Positions 27,651 to 40,062 of a stretch of DNA of 64,000 nt are shown in pieces (position 1 is the stretch's first letter; every line of letters begins with the position of its first letter). The translations under genes and the position numbers were made by a program. A model generated the notes under the pieces. The model was not told where the DNA came from. It did no database searches and worked only from the letters and a program-made list of their open reading frames with translations. The stretch comes from Felis catus (taxonomy: Eukaryota), in assembly GCF_018350175.1 (NCBI RefSeq), contig NC_058368.1:86802001-86866000 (forward strand). Direction: 5' to 3'.

Positions 27651-29367
27651 AGTAGAGATTACCTAATATAAATACTGCCACTATATCTTCTTTTTTTTTT
27701 TTGACAACCATTTGTATGGTAAGCATTTCTACATCAAAATAAAAGACTTCTGCATGGTAAAGGGAACAATCAATAAAACAAAATGGCTACCTTCAGAATT
27801 GGAGAAGATATTTGCAAATGTCATATATGATAAAACATTCATATTAAAAATATATAAAGAACTTATAAACTCAACACCCAAATAATGAATAATTGAATTA
27901 AAAATGGGCTGAGGACATAAATAGACATTTTTCTAAAGAATACATCCAGATAACCAACAGACACAAGAAAAGATGCCCATCATCATGGATCATCTGGGAA
28001 ATACAAAGCAAAACTACAATGAGATATCACTTCACACCCTTGAGAATGAATAAAATCGAATTCAGAAGAAACAATGAGTGTTGGCAAGAATGTGGAGAAA
28101 AAGAACCCTCATGCACTGTTGGTGCGAATGCAGACTGGTACAGCCACTTTTGAGAACAGTATGTAGGTTCCTCAAAATGTTAAAACTAGAACTGCCTTAC
28201 AATCCATAATTGTACTGCTTAGTGTGTATCCCAAAAAGTACAAAAACACTAATTCAAGTGGATACATTCATTTTTATTTTTATTACAGCATTATTTACAA
28301 TTGTAAATTTGGAAGCAGCTCAAATGCCAAGGGGTAGATGAATGGATAAAGAAGAAATAATAGAATATTATTCATTCATTAAAAAAAAGAATGAAACCTT
28401 ACTACTTTCAAATGCATGCATGGAGCTAGAAAGTAAAATGCTAAATGAAATAAGTCAGTAAAAGAAAAACAAATACCATATGATGTCACTCCTGTGTGTA
28501 ATTTAAGAAACAAAACAAAGAAACAAAGAAAAGAAAAAGACACACCAAGAAACAGACTAACTACAGAGAACAAAGTGTTGGTTACAAGAAGGGAGGTGGG
28601 AGGGGCATGGTTGAAATGTTTTGTGGGATTAAAAACTACACTTATCACATAACCATTAATTAATGTACAAAACGTTGAGTTACTATATTGTACACCTAAA
28701 ACCAATTGAACATTATCTGTTAAATATATTGGAATCATAATTAAAGACTTAAAAAAAATGGAGAGTTAAGGTAAAGTTTATCTGAAGATCCTTGCAATAT
28801 TCTTGCAACGTTTTTGTAAGTTTGAACTCATTTTACAAATTAGAGTAAAACAAGGCTATCACAAATAAACCATGTATATTTTGCAATAATTTCAAAATTC
28901 GTTTTTATTTCATATTTACATCAAATCAATGTGCTGATATTTTAATAAAGTAAGGACAGTTTTAATTCAAAGTTTTGAGGTCTCTTTATTCTACATACTG
29001 AAATTGTATGTCTTCTAGCACAAATTACCTATCTAATTTTTATTTTTAAATTCGTTTTATTTTGGCAAAAATAAATTTGGATCATAGTCATGAAAAAGTC
29101 AGTATTTCAAAACTATTAAATTTAATTATGTCAAGCTGTGTAAATTATTGTGTAAAATGTTATTTAATTCTCTACACTACTATTTAGGCTCTCAACTTTC
29201 CATGTAACAGAGATTAAATTTTATTTTTTAAAATATTTTCTTGCAATTATCTAGTAGTAGACAAATGACATTCTGTTAATTATATCTCCAGTAGCCAAAA
29301 TTATTTCTAAAGGAACTAACTGAAAGTGTTAACTAATGCTACTAAGATCTATTAGATGCCAAAGCAA

Positions 29368-29370
29368 ATG

Positions 29371-29414
<44 letters not shown>
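29368..29414. repeat. (CA)n microsatellite
   Basis: Direct inspection. Confidence 0.95.
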
Positions 29415-29416
<2 letters not shown>

Positions 29417-31811
29417 TAAAAATTGGATCACTTCCAAATTCTTACAATATCTTTAAAAATGATTTCAGTTTTATTACCCTACAATGATTGTTTTTGACAG
29501 ATGACCAATAAAACTTATTTGCTTTCTATGTTAAGTGGCAAGCTTATAGCAAGCCTTCTCAGAGTGTAATACATGTCAGATTTCCAAAGTCAATTGAATA
29601 AATGAACATTCTTCAACTTCAGTCAGAGACGCGTTGAGCCAGTAATTAGCAATATTTGTCAGAAGTCTTCATGTACAGCAAAGTGCTCAAATTATTAGTA
29701 TCAATTTTGGAGTGATAACCACAAGTAATAATAGTTTATTACTAAGTGGAGTTAAAGAAATATTTAAGTGTTTTATTACTATTCTAGTAGAATTCTGAAT
29801 CATGTCCTTTCAGATATATTACACTATGTTTTCTGAGAATTTAACAATTGTGCCTATAAAAAATAACAGTGATTACAATCCATAAGGCCTTAGGAGATTA
29901 TCACTTAAGGCTATTCAGAAAACTTTTAAGACTCTCCTCTTTTGGGAATTCAAAGCAATTTGTCACATCCCTTAAAAATGATTTGTTGTAGAGACATTGA
30001 CTAGAGAATATTTCAAATCACGTCACATTTAAAATAAAGGGCAAATGAATTTCCTGGTTGCATTTAATATTCATCCTTCCGTGTTAAAAAAATATTACAT
30101 TGTAGAGATCTTTGAGCTCTTCAACAGAAGATTAGCAATATATTATGCCATAATAACCAAGAATTTCCAAAGGAAGATATAGTTTTATATTAATTTCAGG
30201 TAATCAACTGGTAAGTTAAACTGTTTTTGTGGGGCAAGAAAAATTTCCGCTCTCAGGTGTACTTGTTGGAAACATCTGATAAATCATCCTTTGCCCAAGC
30301 AGTTGAAGAGTTAGAATTAGTTCAATGTATGCATTTCAGATTTCTATTGGTAAAATGTTAAATAGTCTCTGTTCCAAAACAAACAAACAAGAAAACAAGA
30401 ATCAGTATTGTAGATATTAAATATATATAGGGCAGAAACCAAAAACAATGAGATTCAATTAACCAAATTTTTCACCCATCTCCCACTTTTGGTGTATCGT
30501 TGTATATTTCTCCAGACAGACATTTAGAATAAATTGATAAATGTATTCAAGATTATTTAACTGCCCTACTATACATACTTCTAATTCACCACAAATCACA
30601 TATGATACATATGTCCGTTGCCTTGACTTCCATTTATTTAACTATGCTTCTTAAAATGTTCCATCCACTGGGCTTTTCACTATAGTCTACATTTCATTTA
30701 GGCTTTAGATTTTAGGTAACTCCAAAAGGGAGCCCCTTCCCCTCTATCCTTCAGTAGCCACTGGGATAATCTATAAAATGTTACATGTTTTTAAAAAAAT
30801 TTGCAATGGAACCCATCGCCATCTAATTTTTGCTTCTTCATAGATTTATATATTCATCATTGTATGCCTCCTCCCACTGACTGAAAACTTCCAGAAAACC
30901 TTTTATTTTTATTTTTTTAATATCTGTCATCCAGTTTGGTGTCTGATATATTTAAACACTTGTTGGTCTTTTCATTAAATAATTCTGCACAGTAGCAAAC
31001 AATGTAGGGAAATAGTTTGATAATATCTGATGTATGGAAAAATAAATTCTAGGCAACATAAAATAATGAATAAAAGATACAGTCAGACAGAATAGGTGAT
31101 ACATTTTCTTATAGTAACTTCTAAAGTGGACTTTTATTTAAGATCAATCACTGACAAGGTGCCACAATAACATAGCTTTCTACATATGTGTGTATTCAAA
31201 GGACATTAAGTTTTGCTAAATAATTTATCTCTTTCTTTCTTTCTCTCTGTTTCATATGAAATGAAACATTCAACATATGTGACTGCATGACCTCAAGATA
31301 ATAAAAACATTGAAAAAATAATCCTTGTTTATATCACCTTGATTATGTCCATATATTTATAAAAAAGTTATTTGCTTACAGTGGAGTATTTAATAAAATG
31401 TAAATGTGAGGTAATAATTTTTAATAACAAAGGAGAATTGATTTACTCCCATTAGATTATTAGTAATCCTAACACACTATAAAGACGTAGAACTTTGAAT
31501 TGTTTTTCAGAAAACAAAAAGATTTGTCATTATGCATGGCACAATACCAGTCTGAGGGCAAGGACTTAGTGTGTTGCGAAAACTTTCATATTTAGTCGAA
31601 TTGTATACATCTGGTAGCAAGTTCAGATTGAAGCTACAGAATCAGATGTAATTTATATGAAGACTAGTTGAATTCACACACTACTTATGAAACACTTTCA
31701 CCTTAAAAAATAAGATGGAATTTCTGTAGAAGTATTTAAGATACATAGGATGGCTCTTTTTCAAATAAACGATGGTATATATCAATATAGTTCTGGTCAG
31801 GTGGTAGAAAT

Positions 31812-31842
31812 TGACTTTTTCATTATTTCATTGTCCTAACAG
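31812..31842 (+). promoter_or_regulatory. Candidate splice acceptor of the OR14A2 coding exon
   Basis: tgactttttcattatttcattgtcctaacAG|G, 19 nt before the ATG; OR genes typically have upstream non-coding exons. Confidence 0.6.
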
Positions 31843-31861
31843 GCAGTGAAGAGACTCTAGC

Positions 31862-32809
31862 ATGGCCAATGTCACTTTAGTGACAGGATTTCTTCTTGTG
31901 GAGTTTTCTGACATCCAAGAGCTTCAGATATTATATGGTGTGCTCTTCCTACTGATTTATCTGGCTGTCCTGATGAGTAACCTTCTCATCATCACTCTCA
32001 TTACCCTAGACCAGCATCTACAGACACCGATGTACTTTTTCCTGAAGAATTTGTCATTCCTGGATGTCTTCCTTGTGTCTGTCCCAATCCCCAAATTGAT
32101 TGTCAACAGCCTAACATACAGCAATTCCATCTCCATTTTAGGGTGTGCCTTCCAGCTACTTTTCATGACTTCCTTCTCAGCAAGTGAGATATTTGTCCTT
32201 ACTGCCATGTCCTATGACCGCTATGTAGCCATATGCTGTCCTCTGCAGTACGAAGTCATCATGAACGCTGGTGCCTGTACACTGATGGCAGGTGTTTCCT
32301 GGGCCATTGGAGGACTCTTTGGAACTGTGTATACTGCTGGCACATTTTTCATGCCATTCTGTGGCTCCAATGTGATTCCACAGTTTTTCTGTGATGTTTC
32401 CTCATTGCTAAGTATCTCCTGTTCTGAAACACTCCTAGTGGTGTATACAAGTATTGGGATAGGTATGTGTTTAGGCATATCTTGTTTCATCTGTATTGTG
32501 ATCTCCTATGCTTACATTTTCTCCACTGTGCTGAAGATTCCTACCACAAAAGGTCAGTCAAAAGCTTTCTCCACATGCTTTCCCCATCTTGTTGTTTTTA
32601 CTCTTTTTATTATAACTGCCTGTTTTGTTTATCTGAAAGCAACCTCAAATACACCCCTAGTTATTGACAGGTTGCTTTCTGTGGTTTACACCGTGATACC
32701 TCCAATACTCAACCCTGTAATCTACAGCCTGAGGAACAAGGACATGAAATGGGCTCTTACGAGATTGCTGCAGAAAACACTTGGTCTCACATCTTTTAAT
32801 ACTAACTAA
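31862..32809 (+). CDS. OR14A2: Olfactory receptor 14A2-like, intact, 315 aa
   Basis: N-glycosylation site NVT, LQTPMYFFL, MSYDRYVAIC, FFCD, KAFSTC.PHL, NPVIYSLRN; N-terminus MANVTLVTGFLL and VFLVSVPIPK match recalled OR14A2. Confidence 0.92.
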   Translation: MANVTLVTGFLLVEFSDIQELQILYGVLFLLIYLAVLMSNLLIITLITLDQHLQTPMYFFLKNLSFLDVFLVSVPIPKLIVNSLTYSNSISILGCAFQLLFMTSFSASEIFVLTAMSYDRYVAICCPLQYEVIMNAGACTLMAGVSWAIGGLFGTVYTAGTFFMPFCGSNVIPQFFCDVSSLLSISCSETLLVVYTSIGIGMCLGISCFICIVISYAYIFSTVLKIPTTKGQSKAFSTCFPHLVVFTLFIITACFVYLKATSNTPLVIDRLLSVVYTVIPPILNPVIYSLRNKDMKWALTRLLQKTLGLTSFNTN

Positions 32810-34499
32810 CATCTATCCATGATATAGTATCTTACTGATCACAATAGATTTTCTCATCAGTTACCTCATTCCTATCTTTGGAACAATTCGATAAAAGAAA
32901 ACTATGTACTCACATACACTAATGTAAATAAATTCTCAACAGCCTAATTGTCTGTTTCCAGTTCAGGTAGTGGCATTATACACAACTAACACATAAGTGT
33001 CACATGTTTCTCATGCAGTGGTATTCAATGACAAAGAATCTCTTCATTTGTGGTATGATCTTCTAAAATAATTGCTTGTTTCTCATGATGTTTATAATTT
33101 TTGTGATTTAATCTCATTTTCACTATTTTATTACATATTTTTAAATGAGGCACTTCAACAGGTACAGTGCCATAAAAAGCATTTGAAATACCAAGATAAT
33201 ATTTTCATATCACTTTTCTGAAGGATCAGACTGTCTAGTGCTGAAGCAGAACAAAAAGTAAGCAAACATAATGCAGTAGGCTATTGGCCATTCTAGAGAT
33301 GTTCCTACATCTATAAACAACACTCAGGAGAGACACATAAAACAGAGACAAAATCCTGGAGAGAAATACATCTCAGCACAGTTCCCCAAGATAACTCTTG
33401 ATCAACTGGGTAAATAGTATTTCCAGAGAGACACCAGGCAGAGGTCTGAGTCTATAAGACATGTATGCCTGCATGTCTACCTGTCTATAATTCAGAAAGG
33501 CCCTTACTACTATTTATGGCATGATGAATGGTTCTAATGAGTGACGTGAAGCTATAAAATATATTAATACTATAGCAGAAGTTTCTCACTTGGGGATGGA
33601 CTCTCTTTTGACTTCTTCACTAGTGCCTCCAATATGTTTTTTTAATTAATTTGTACAAAACTACATAAAGATTCTATGTTTTATAAAAACTCTCTGAGAT
33701 TTACATTGACATTGTTCCATCCTTCATTGTTTAAGGAAAATAATACAAAGGTTTCTTAGATATTTTCAATCGGATTCTTTTATTTTTAAATCATAATATA
33801 AATGTTTTATTGTCACTTGGATGAAAAGTGGTTGATATTTTAATCAACCACTTTAATCAAGTGATAGATGGTTAACATTTTTTCTCAGGCACAAATGATC
33901 TCATTTAACCATGTCCCCAAATATCCTCTGACAACTTTGGTTTTTACCATGCTAATATCATTTATAAATATATACTTATGCTTTTTCATATATGATAAAA
34001 TACAATTTTTATATATCATATACATAAGATTATCTTTAAGATTTCCCATAGAATCCATGAAAAAGTCCCCACTTATTTTTGTTCTTTACCCTTAAAGAAA
34101 GAAATATGGCAAACATAATTGGATTTGTTTGATGGGTATGTGTATCAACTGTCAGAATTACCTGGGAAAATCTGTCAAAAAAAAAAAGATTCTTAGACTG
34201 CTTGTGGTTAAATTTATATTGTAAAAAAAATGGTACTGGATTAAATATTTTGAAATTGAATATTTCATGAGAAATTCCTGGAGATATTTTTGTTCCCTCA
34301 CTATCTATAATGTGTTTTTATTATGCGAGAAAACACTAATTGAAAAACTATTTTTTTTCTTTAGAAGACTGACAACTGTTAAATATAGGAGTGATTGAAA
34401 AGTCATCATTTTAATAATCCATATCACAAGTGATGTAATCAGTAATGGATACTAAAATCTTTAGGATAGAAGTTGTAAGGAATGACATATTCTCATGAT

Positions 34500-34940
34500 G
34501 ACAGGTAATGAGTTAAGTTGAATTTCCTGAAAGAATGTGAGAATGACATGTGCAGAAAAGGTTTTCTTATTTTTCTGTGATGCAGATCATAAAGCCCTCA
34601 GGTGAAGGGTGCCTTCTCTACTCCCCTTGGAAAGGAGCATCCATATCTCCAGAGGTAATGGGATAAGGAGAGTAATCTGACCAAATAGAGCTTGAAATTA
34701 TCCCCCCAGTTTATTATGCTTAGCTCTATTTCTCCTATTATATCTTTCCATGATTTTCCACTCTTCATCAGATCTAGCATAAAAACTCTCAGGTTCAATC
34801 ATTTCTTTGGGTCTTCATTTCCTTATGAAAGCTCCCTTGTCATATAATACTTACATTAAATAAATTTTATAATTTTCTTTTATTGTAGGGGTCACAGTCA
34901 AGAACTGAAAGGGTATAGAATATTTTTTTTATCCCCTACA
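34500..34940 (+). mobile_element. ERV1 LTR (MER34-like)
   Basis: gggtcttcatttcc...ctccc.tgtca..taa..attaaataaattt...ttttatcccctaca 3' end; 5' boundary uncertain. Confidence 0.7.
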
Positions 34941-36745
34941 GTTTCTAGTACTTGAACAGGTATGACTGGGTCAATGAATTAGCTCTGTATCATGCAGAAG
35001 GGATTATGGGAAAATTGGCAGAAGTTGGCAGAAAGTAAGAATTTTAATCAAAGTCAGCTCTCCTGTAACTCCGTAGTGGCCAGCTGAGAGAGAAAACAAA
35101 AACAAAAACAAAAACAGAACAAAACAAAACAAAGCAAAACAAAACAAAGCTCTTCTTTATTGCTTCTTTTCCAAATTTAAAGTAGCAAGATAAAAAATGA
35201 AAACGCTTTCTTAGATTTTGACTCTGGTTAAATTGCTTTTGAGATACCCATCGATTATAGAAGAAAGCCTTTCTTTCTAGGGACAGCTATTGCATTCCTA
35301 TTGCTTGAGTCCCGAGAACATGGTTTGGCTTTCCACCCTCCTATGCATGCAGGTAGTTGGTTTCTACATGTTCAGGAAACCAACTGTCAGGTTGAGAACT
35401 CCCAGTCTGGCAAGAAATAAATGTGGGTTGTACCCCATCTGCAGCTAACATAGTATTGACCATTACCAGCTATGGGGAGATTACCTAAGACTTTCTTTTG
35501 GCTATCTTTGGGAATGATTCAGGACCATAAGAGGGTACATATTTTGCACTCTCTTTTGAGACATTCCTTGAGTTAATGATTAAATCACAAAAGACATATT
35601 AGCTTTGGTCTTTAATCCCTTGGTTTAAAACAAAAAAGAAAAACATTTTTAAGACTTTAATTCTTTCACAAATATTACCGCTCATTTTGGTTGAAAGCTA
35701 ATAATAAGATTTTTGAAAGGGTATTTTTATTTTGAGAATTTTGTGGCCAGGAGCTGAAATTGGAAAGTAATTAGAAGGTGATATTCAGAATCTGATAGGA
35801 GATATATTTTTTTTAAGGTTTCTCTGTTCTTCCAGTTTGGTCCTGTTCTACCCATGGAAATTTCTCCAATGACTCAAACCCCTATTTGGAATCCCTACTG
35901 ACTGTATGCCCTGCTCTGACCATTCCCTTCTTGTTGACATGATGTTGCTGAGAATAATTTGGAATTCAATCTGCTTCTTTTCTAATCTGAATCTGAAAAG
36001 AAGGTATGGATGCATTAAAATATTAAAAGATCTTATCAAAATGGCTCACCTGAGGTTTCCTCCTTCCCATGACTTCCCCTTGTATTTCCCCTTTTGCTAC
36101 CTTAGAGTTTCCATTCAATTCACTTGAAACCTTTGGCACATCCCCTATTGAGCCAATACCACCTCCATCCTTCTGTCTACTTCTACCAGATTTTTTCCAA
36201 CTCTAGAGTCTACAGTCATTTGAACTTTGGGCCCCTTGCCAAGCCCTACCTCAAGGACTCTCAAGTAATTGAAAACCCCCCAAAAGCAAGTACTCAAAAT
36301 TGAAATGGTAAAAGACTACTTTGAAATAAACTATATGTTTTGGTCACTAGCATGGTCATGGAAACATCCAGACAGCCACTAGATGTCTCCTCCATCACTC
36401 ACCTACACTTAAGTCCACAGTCTGCATTAGATTACATTATCAGGACAAGGGAAGGTCTTGAAATTCTCCTCCACAAATGTTGGTAAGCAAGCATCCTTAA
36501 ATTATCCCATTTTTAGAAACACAATTCAGATGAAAATTTGAGTGGAGAAAAGACAAGACCTAACTATTTTAGACAAACCAGAAATATTACTCTATTTTAC
36601 AGACTCATGGCTACAGATTTAGAATAAGAGCTATAAGTTCTCTATTTATATCTTTTTGCATGTTTGTATATATTTATGTTATAAATGTTTGGTGTATTTC
36701 TACCTCCATATGGTATTCATAAATGTATAGAATTTCTTTTAAAGG
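34941..36745 (+). mobile_element. ERV internal leader region following the LTR, non-coding and decayed
   Basis: Directly follows the LTR terminal ..ctaca; homologous to 19700-20660; no gag/pol ORF recognised. Confidence 0.6.
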
Positions 36746-36749
36746 ATGG

Positions 36750-36880
36750 TTTTTAAGTTTATATATTTATTTTGAGAGAGACAGAGTGTGTGCCTGAGAT
36801 GGGGAAGGAATGAGAGAGAGAAGGAGGGAAAATCCCAAGCAGGCTCTGTGCTATCAGCACAGTATTGATGCAGAGCTTGA
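36750..36880 (-). mobile_element. Truncated Can-SINE (3' half) fused to L1
   Basis: tttattttgagagag...cccaagcaggctctgtgct...gatgcagagcttga, then L1 gtaatattcc. Confidence 0.8.
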
Positions 36881-36890
36881 GTAATATTCC

Positions 36891-36933
<43 letters not shown>

Positions 36934-38080
36934 ATACACATATATATAATATCATATATAATGTGTATATATATTATTTGTGTATGTTGACATTATTGGT
37001 GTATATGCATTATATATGTGTGTTTATATATATTATATATAAATATATTTGTATATATAATATATTATGTATAATACATATGTACATATAGTATTTGTGT
37101 ATACATACATTATTTGTGTGTGTATATATATTATTTGTATATTTACATTATATATATTTTTATATATAAATATATCACTTATTTTTTATCTATTCATCTA
37201 TGGGTGGACACTTGAGTTGCTTCCATATCTTGGCTGTTTCAAATAATTCTGCAGAAAACATAGATGGTGCATATAACTTTTTGAATTAGTGTTTTCATTT
37301 TCTTTATGTAAAAATACTCAATAGTGGAATTAGTGAATTGTATGGTAATTGTATTTCATAATTTTTGAGGACCTTCCATATTCTTTTCTACAGTGGCTGT
37401 ACCAGTTTGCATTCCCACCAACAGTGCATGAATATTAACTTTTCTCTGCATATTCACCAATACTTGTTATTTTTTGTGTCTTTCATTTTAACCATTCTCA
37501 CAAGTGTAAAGTGATAACTCATTGTGGTTTTAATTCACACTTTCCCTGATGAGTGATGTTGAACATCTTTTCATGTGTCTGTTCACCATCTGTATGTCCT
37601 CTTTGGAAAATTTCTATTCAAGTTCTCTGCCCTGTTTTTAAATTGGATTATTTGTTTTGTTGTTGAGTTGTATAAGTCCTTTGTACATTTTGGATATTAA
37701 ACTCTCATCAAATGTATGGTTTAAATTGTGTTCTTATATTTAGCAGATTTCCTCTTCATTTGGCAATGGTTTATTTTGTGCAGAGCTTTTTAGTTTGGCG
37801 TATTCATATTAGTTTATTTTTGCTTTTGTGTCACTTGCATTGGGAGACAAATCTACAAAGATGTCACTAAGACAAATGTCAAGGAGTTTACCACCTGTGT
37901 TTCTTCTAGGAATATTGTGGTGTCAGGTCTTATATACAATTATGTGATCCCTTTTCAGTTAATTTCAAAGTATCAGTCTAGTTTGTTTCTTTCTCTTTTC
38001 TCTCTTTCTCTCTCTTTCTCTCTCTTTCTCTCTCTCTCTTTCTCTCTTTCTCTCTTTCTTTCTCCCTTTCTCCCTTTTTC

Positions 38081-38125
<45 letters not shown>

Positions 38126-39834
38126 TTTCTTCTTTCCAGAATGTGGCTGCTCAGTTTACTCAGCACCATTTATTGAAAAAGTATCTTTTCCCCATTACAT
38201 ATCCCTAGTCTTGTCTCTTTTACTGTAGATTAATTACCCATATATGTCTGGGATTATTTCTGGCCTTTTAATTCAATTCATTATCTATGTGTCTGTATGT
38301 GTACCAATATCATACATACTGCTTTTATTATTATAGCTTTGTAATTGTTTGAAATTAGGGAGTATTATACTACAAGCTTTGTTCTTTCTCAAGATAGGTT
38401 TGGCCATTTTTGTTTATTTATTTGTTTGTTTATGGTTCTATACATCTTTTGGCATTATTTGTCTTACTTTTGTGAAAAATGCTGTTGGAATTTTGATAGG
38501 GATTGTGTTGAATTTGTATATTGTTTTGGATAGTATGGACATCTTAGCAATACTAATTTCTCAATCCATCAGCATTGAATATTGTTCTATTTATTTATCT
38601 CCTTAAATTTCTTTCATTAGGTCTTTCTTGGTTAAATTTACTTGTAGGTGTTTTATGTTTATTTTATGTAATTATAAATGGTGTTATTAATCTTTCTTTT
38701 TTGTTTCATCTTCTGTGTATAAATGCCACAGATTTCTATATATTAATTTTCTATTTTCCAAATTTACTGAGTTTACTTATTAGTTCTAACAGTGTTTTTT
38801 TGTTTTGTTTTGTTTGTTTGTTTCTTTTATTTTGGCAGAGTCTTTAATATTTTCTACGCATAGTGTCCTATCATTCACAAATAGTGACAGTTTTACTTTT
38901 TTTCTGATTTGGATGGCTTTTATTACTCTTTTTTCCCCCCTAATTGTTGTGGCTAGGACTTTCAATACTATGTTTAATAGCAGTGATGAACATGGGCATC
39001 ATTGCTTTGTTTCTGTTCCTTAGGAAAAAGTTTTCAGCTTTTCACTATTGACTATAATGTTAGGTGTCACTTGTTATATATGACCTCCATTATGTTGAGT
39101 TACATTTCCTCTATTCCCACTTTGATGAGAGTTTTTTTTATTATAAACTTACAAGAAATTTGTTATAATAAAATGGATCTTGTCAAATGTTTTATGCATC
39201 TATAAAGATAATCATATTTATGTATCTTTCATTTGGTAAGGTGATGTATCACATTGATTGATTAGTAGATGTTGAACCTTTCTTGCATTCCTGGAATAAA
39301 TCTCACTCGATCATGGTATATTATCCTTTCAATGTATTGTGAAATTTGATTTACTAACATTTTGTTGAGAGTTTTTTTATTTTTTTCCATTTATATTTCT
39401 CAAAGTTTTTTTGGCCTGCAATTTTCCTGTGTGGTGTCCTTGTCTGGTTTTGGTGTTGTGGTAATGTTGGTATCATAACATGTATTTGAAGTTTTCCCAC
39501 CTCTTCAATTTTCTTGTAAATTTTGATAAGAATAGGTATTAAATCTTTGAATGTTTGGTAGAATTCACCAGTGAAGCTATCTGATCCTAAACATACTTTG
39601 TTTGGTGGTTTTTTATTATAATTTTAATTTCCTTACTAATAATCAATCTATTCAGAGTTTTCTATTTCTTTGGAAAACTTCATTTCCTTGGAAATGATGC
39701 ACATTTCCAAAATTTATACATTTTTCCTAAATTGTCCAACGTGTTGGCATATAATTGTTCATGGTAGTTTTCTTTTTATTCTTTGCATTTCTGTTAATAG
39801 TTGTAAATTCTTTCATTTCTTAAAACAATTGTAA

Positions 39835-40062
39835 TTGTTTTAGTGTTTACTTATCTTTGACAGAGAGAGAGAAAGAGAAACAGAGAGAGACAGATAGAGA
39901 GAGAGGAGGTGGAGGTGACAGGAGGAGACAAAGAATCTGAAACAGACTCCAGGTTTTGAGCTGTCAGTGCAGAGCCTGAGGCGGGCCTTAAACCCTTGAA
40001 CTGTGAGATCATGACCTGAGCCAAATTCAGAGGCTTAACTGACTAAGCCACCTAAGGCACCC
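39835..40062 (-). mobile_element. Can-SINE
   Basis: gaatctgaaacagactccagg...gactaagccacctaaggcacc. Confidence 0.9.

Larger units (their letters stand above)
24410..28758. mobile_element. 5'-inverted (twin-primed) LINE-1: antisense arm ~24410-27730, sense 3' arm ~27729-28758
   Basis: Antisense arm ends at ORF2 ..ATCAACTAATGGGAC (INYWD-like). Sense arm starts at TACATCAAAATAAAAGAC (YIKIK), the next L1 position, and runs to the A tail. Confidence 0.85.

Noticed and set aside
30500..30980. L2-like remnants
   Set aside because: Resemblance too weak to call without an HMM search
28760..31800. 5' half of the OR14K1 pseudogene
   Set aside because: No PMYFFL- or SYDRY-like coding remnant seen on the minus strand by eye; a very decayed piece could have been missed
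31957..32667. Antisense and alternative-frame ORFs over OR14A2 (likewise 57504-58242 over OR6F1)
   Set aside because: By-products of the OR coding sequence
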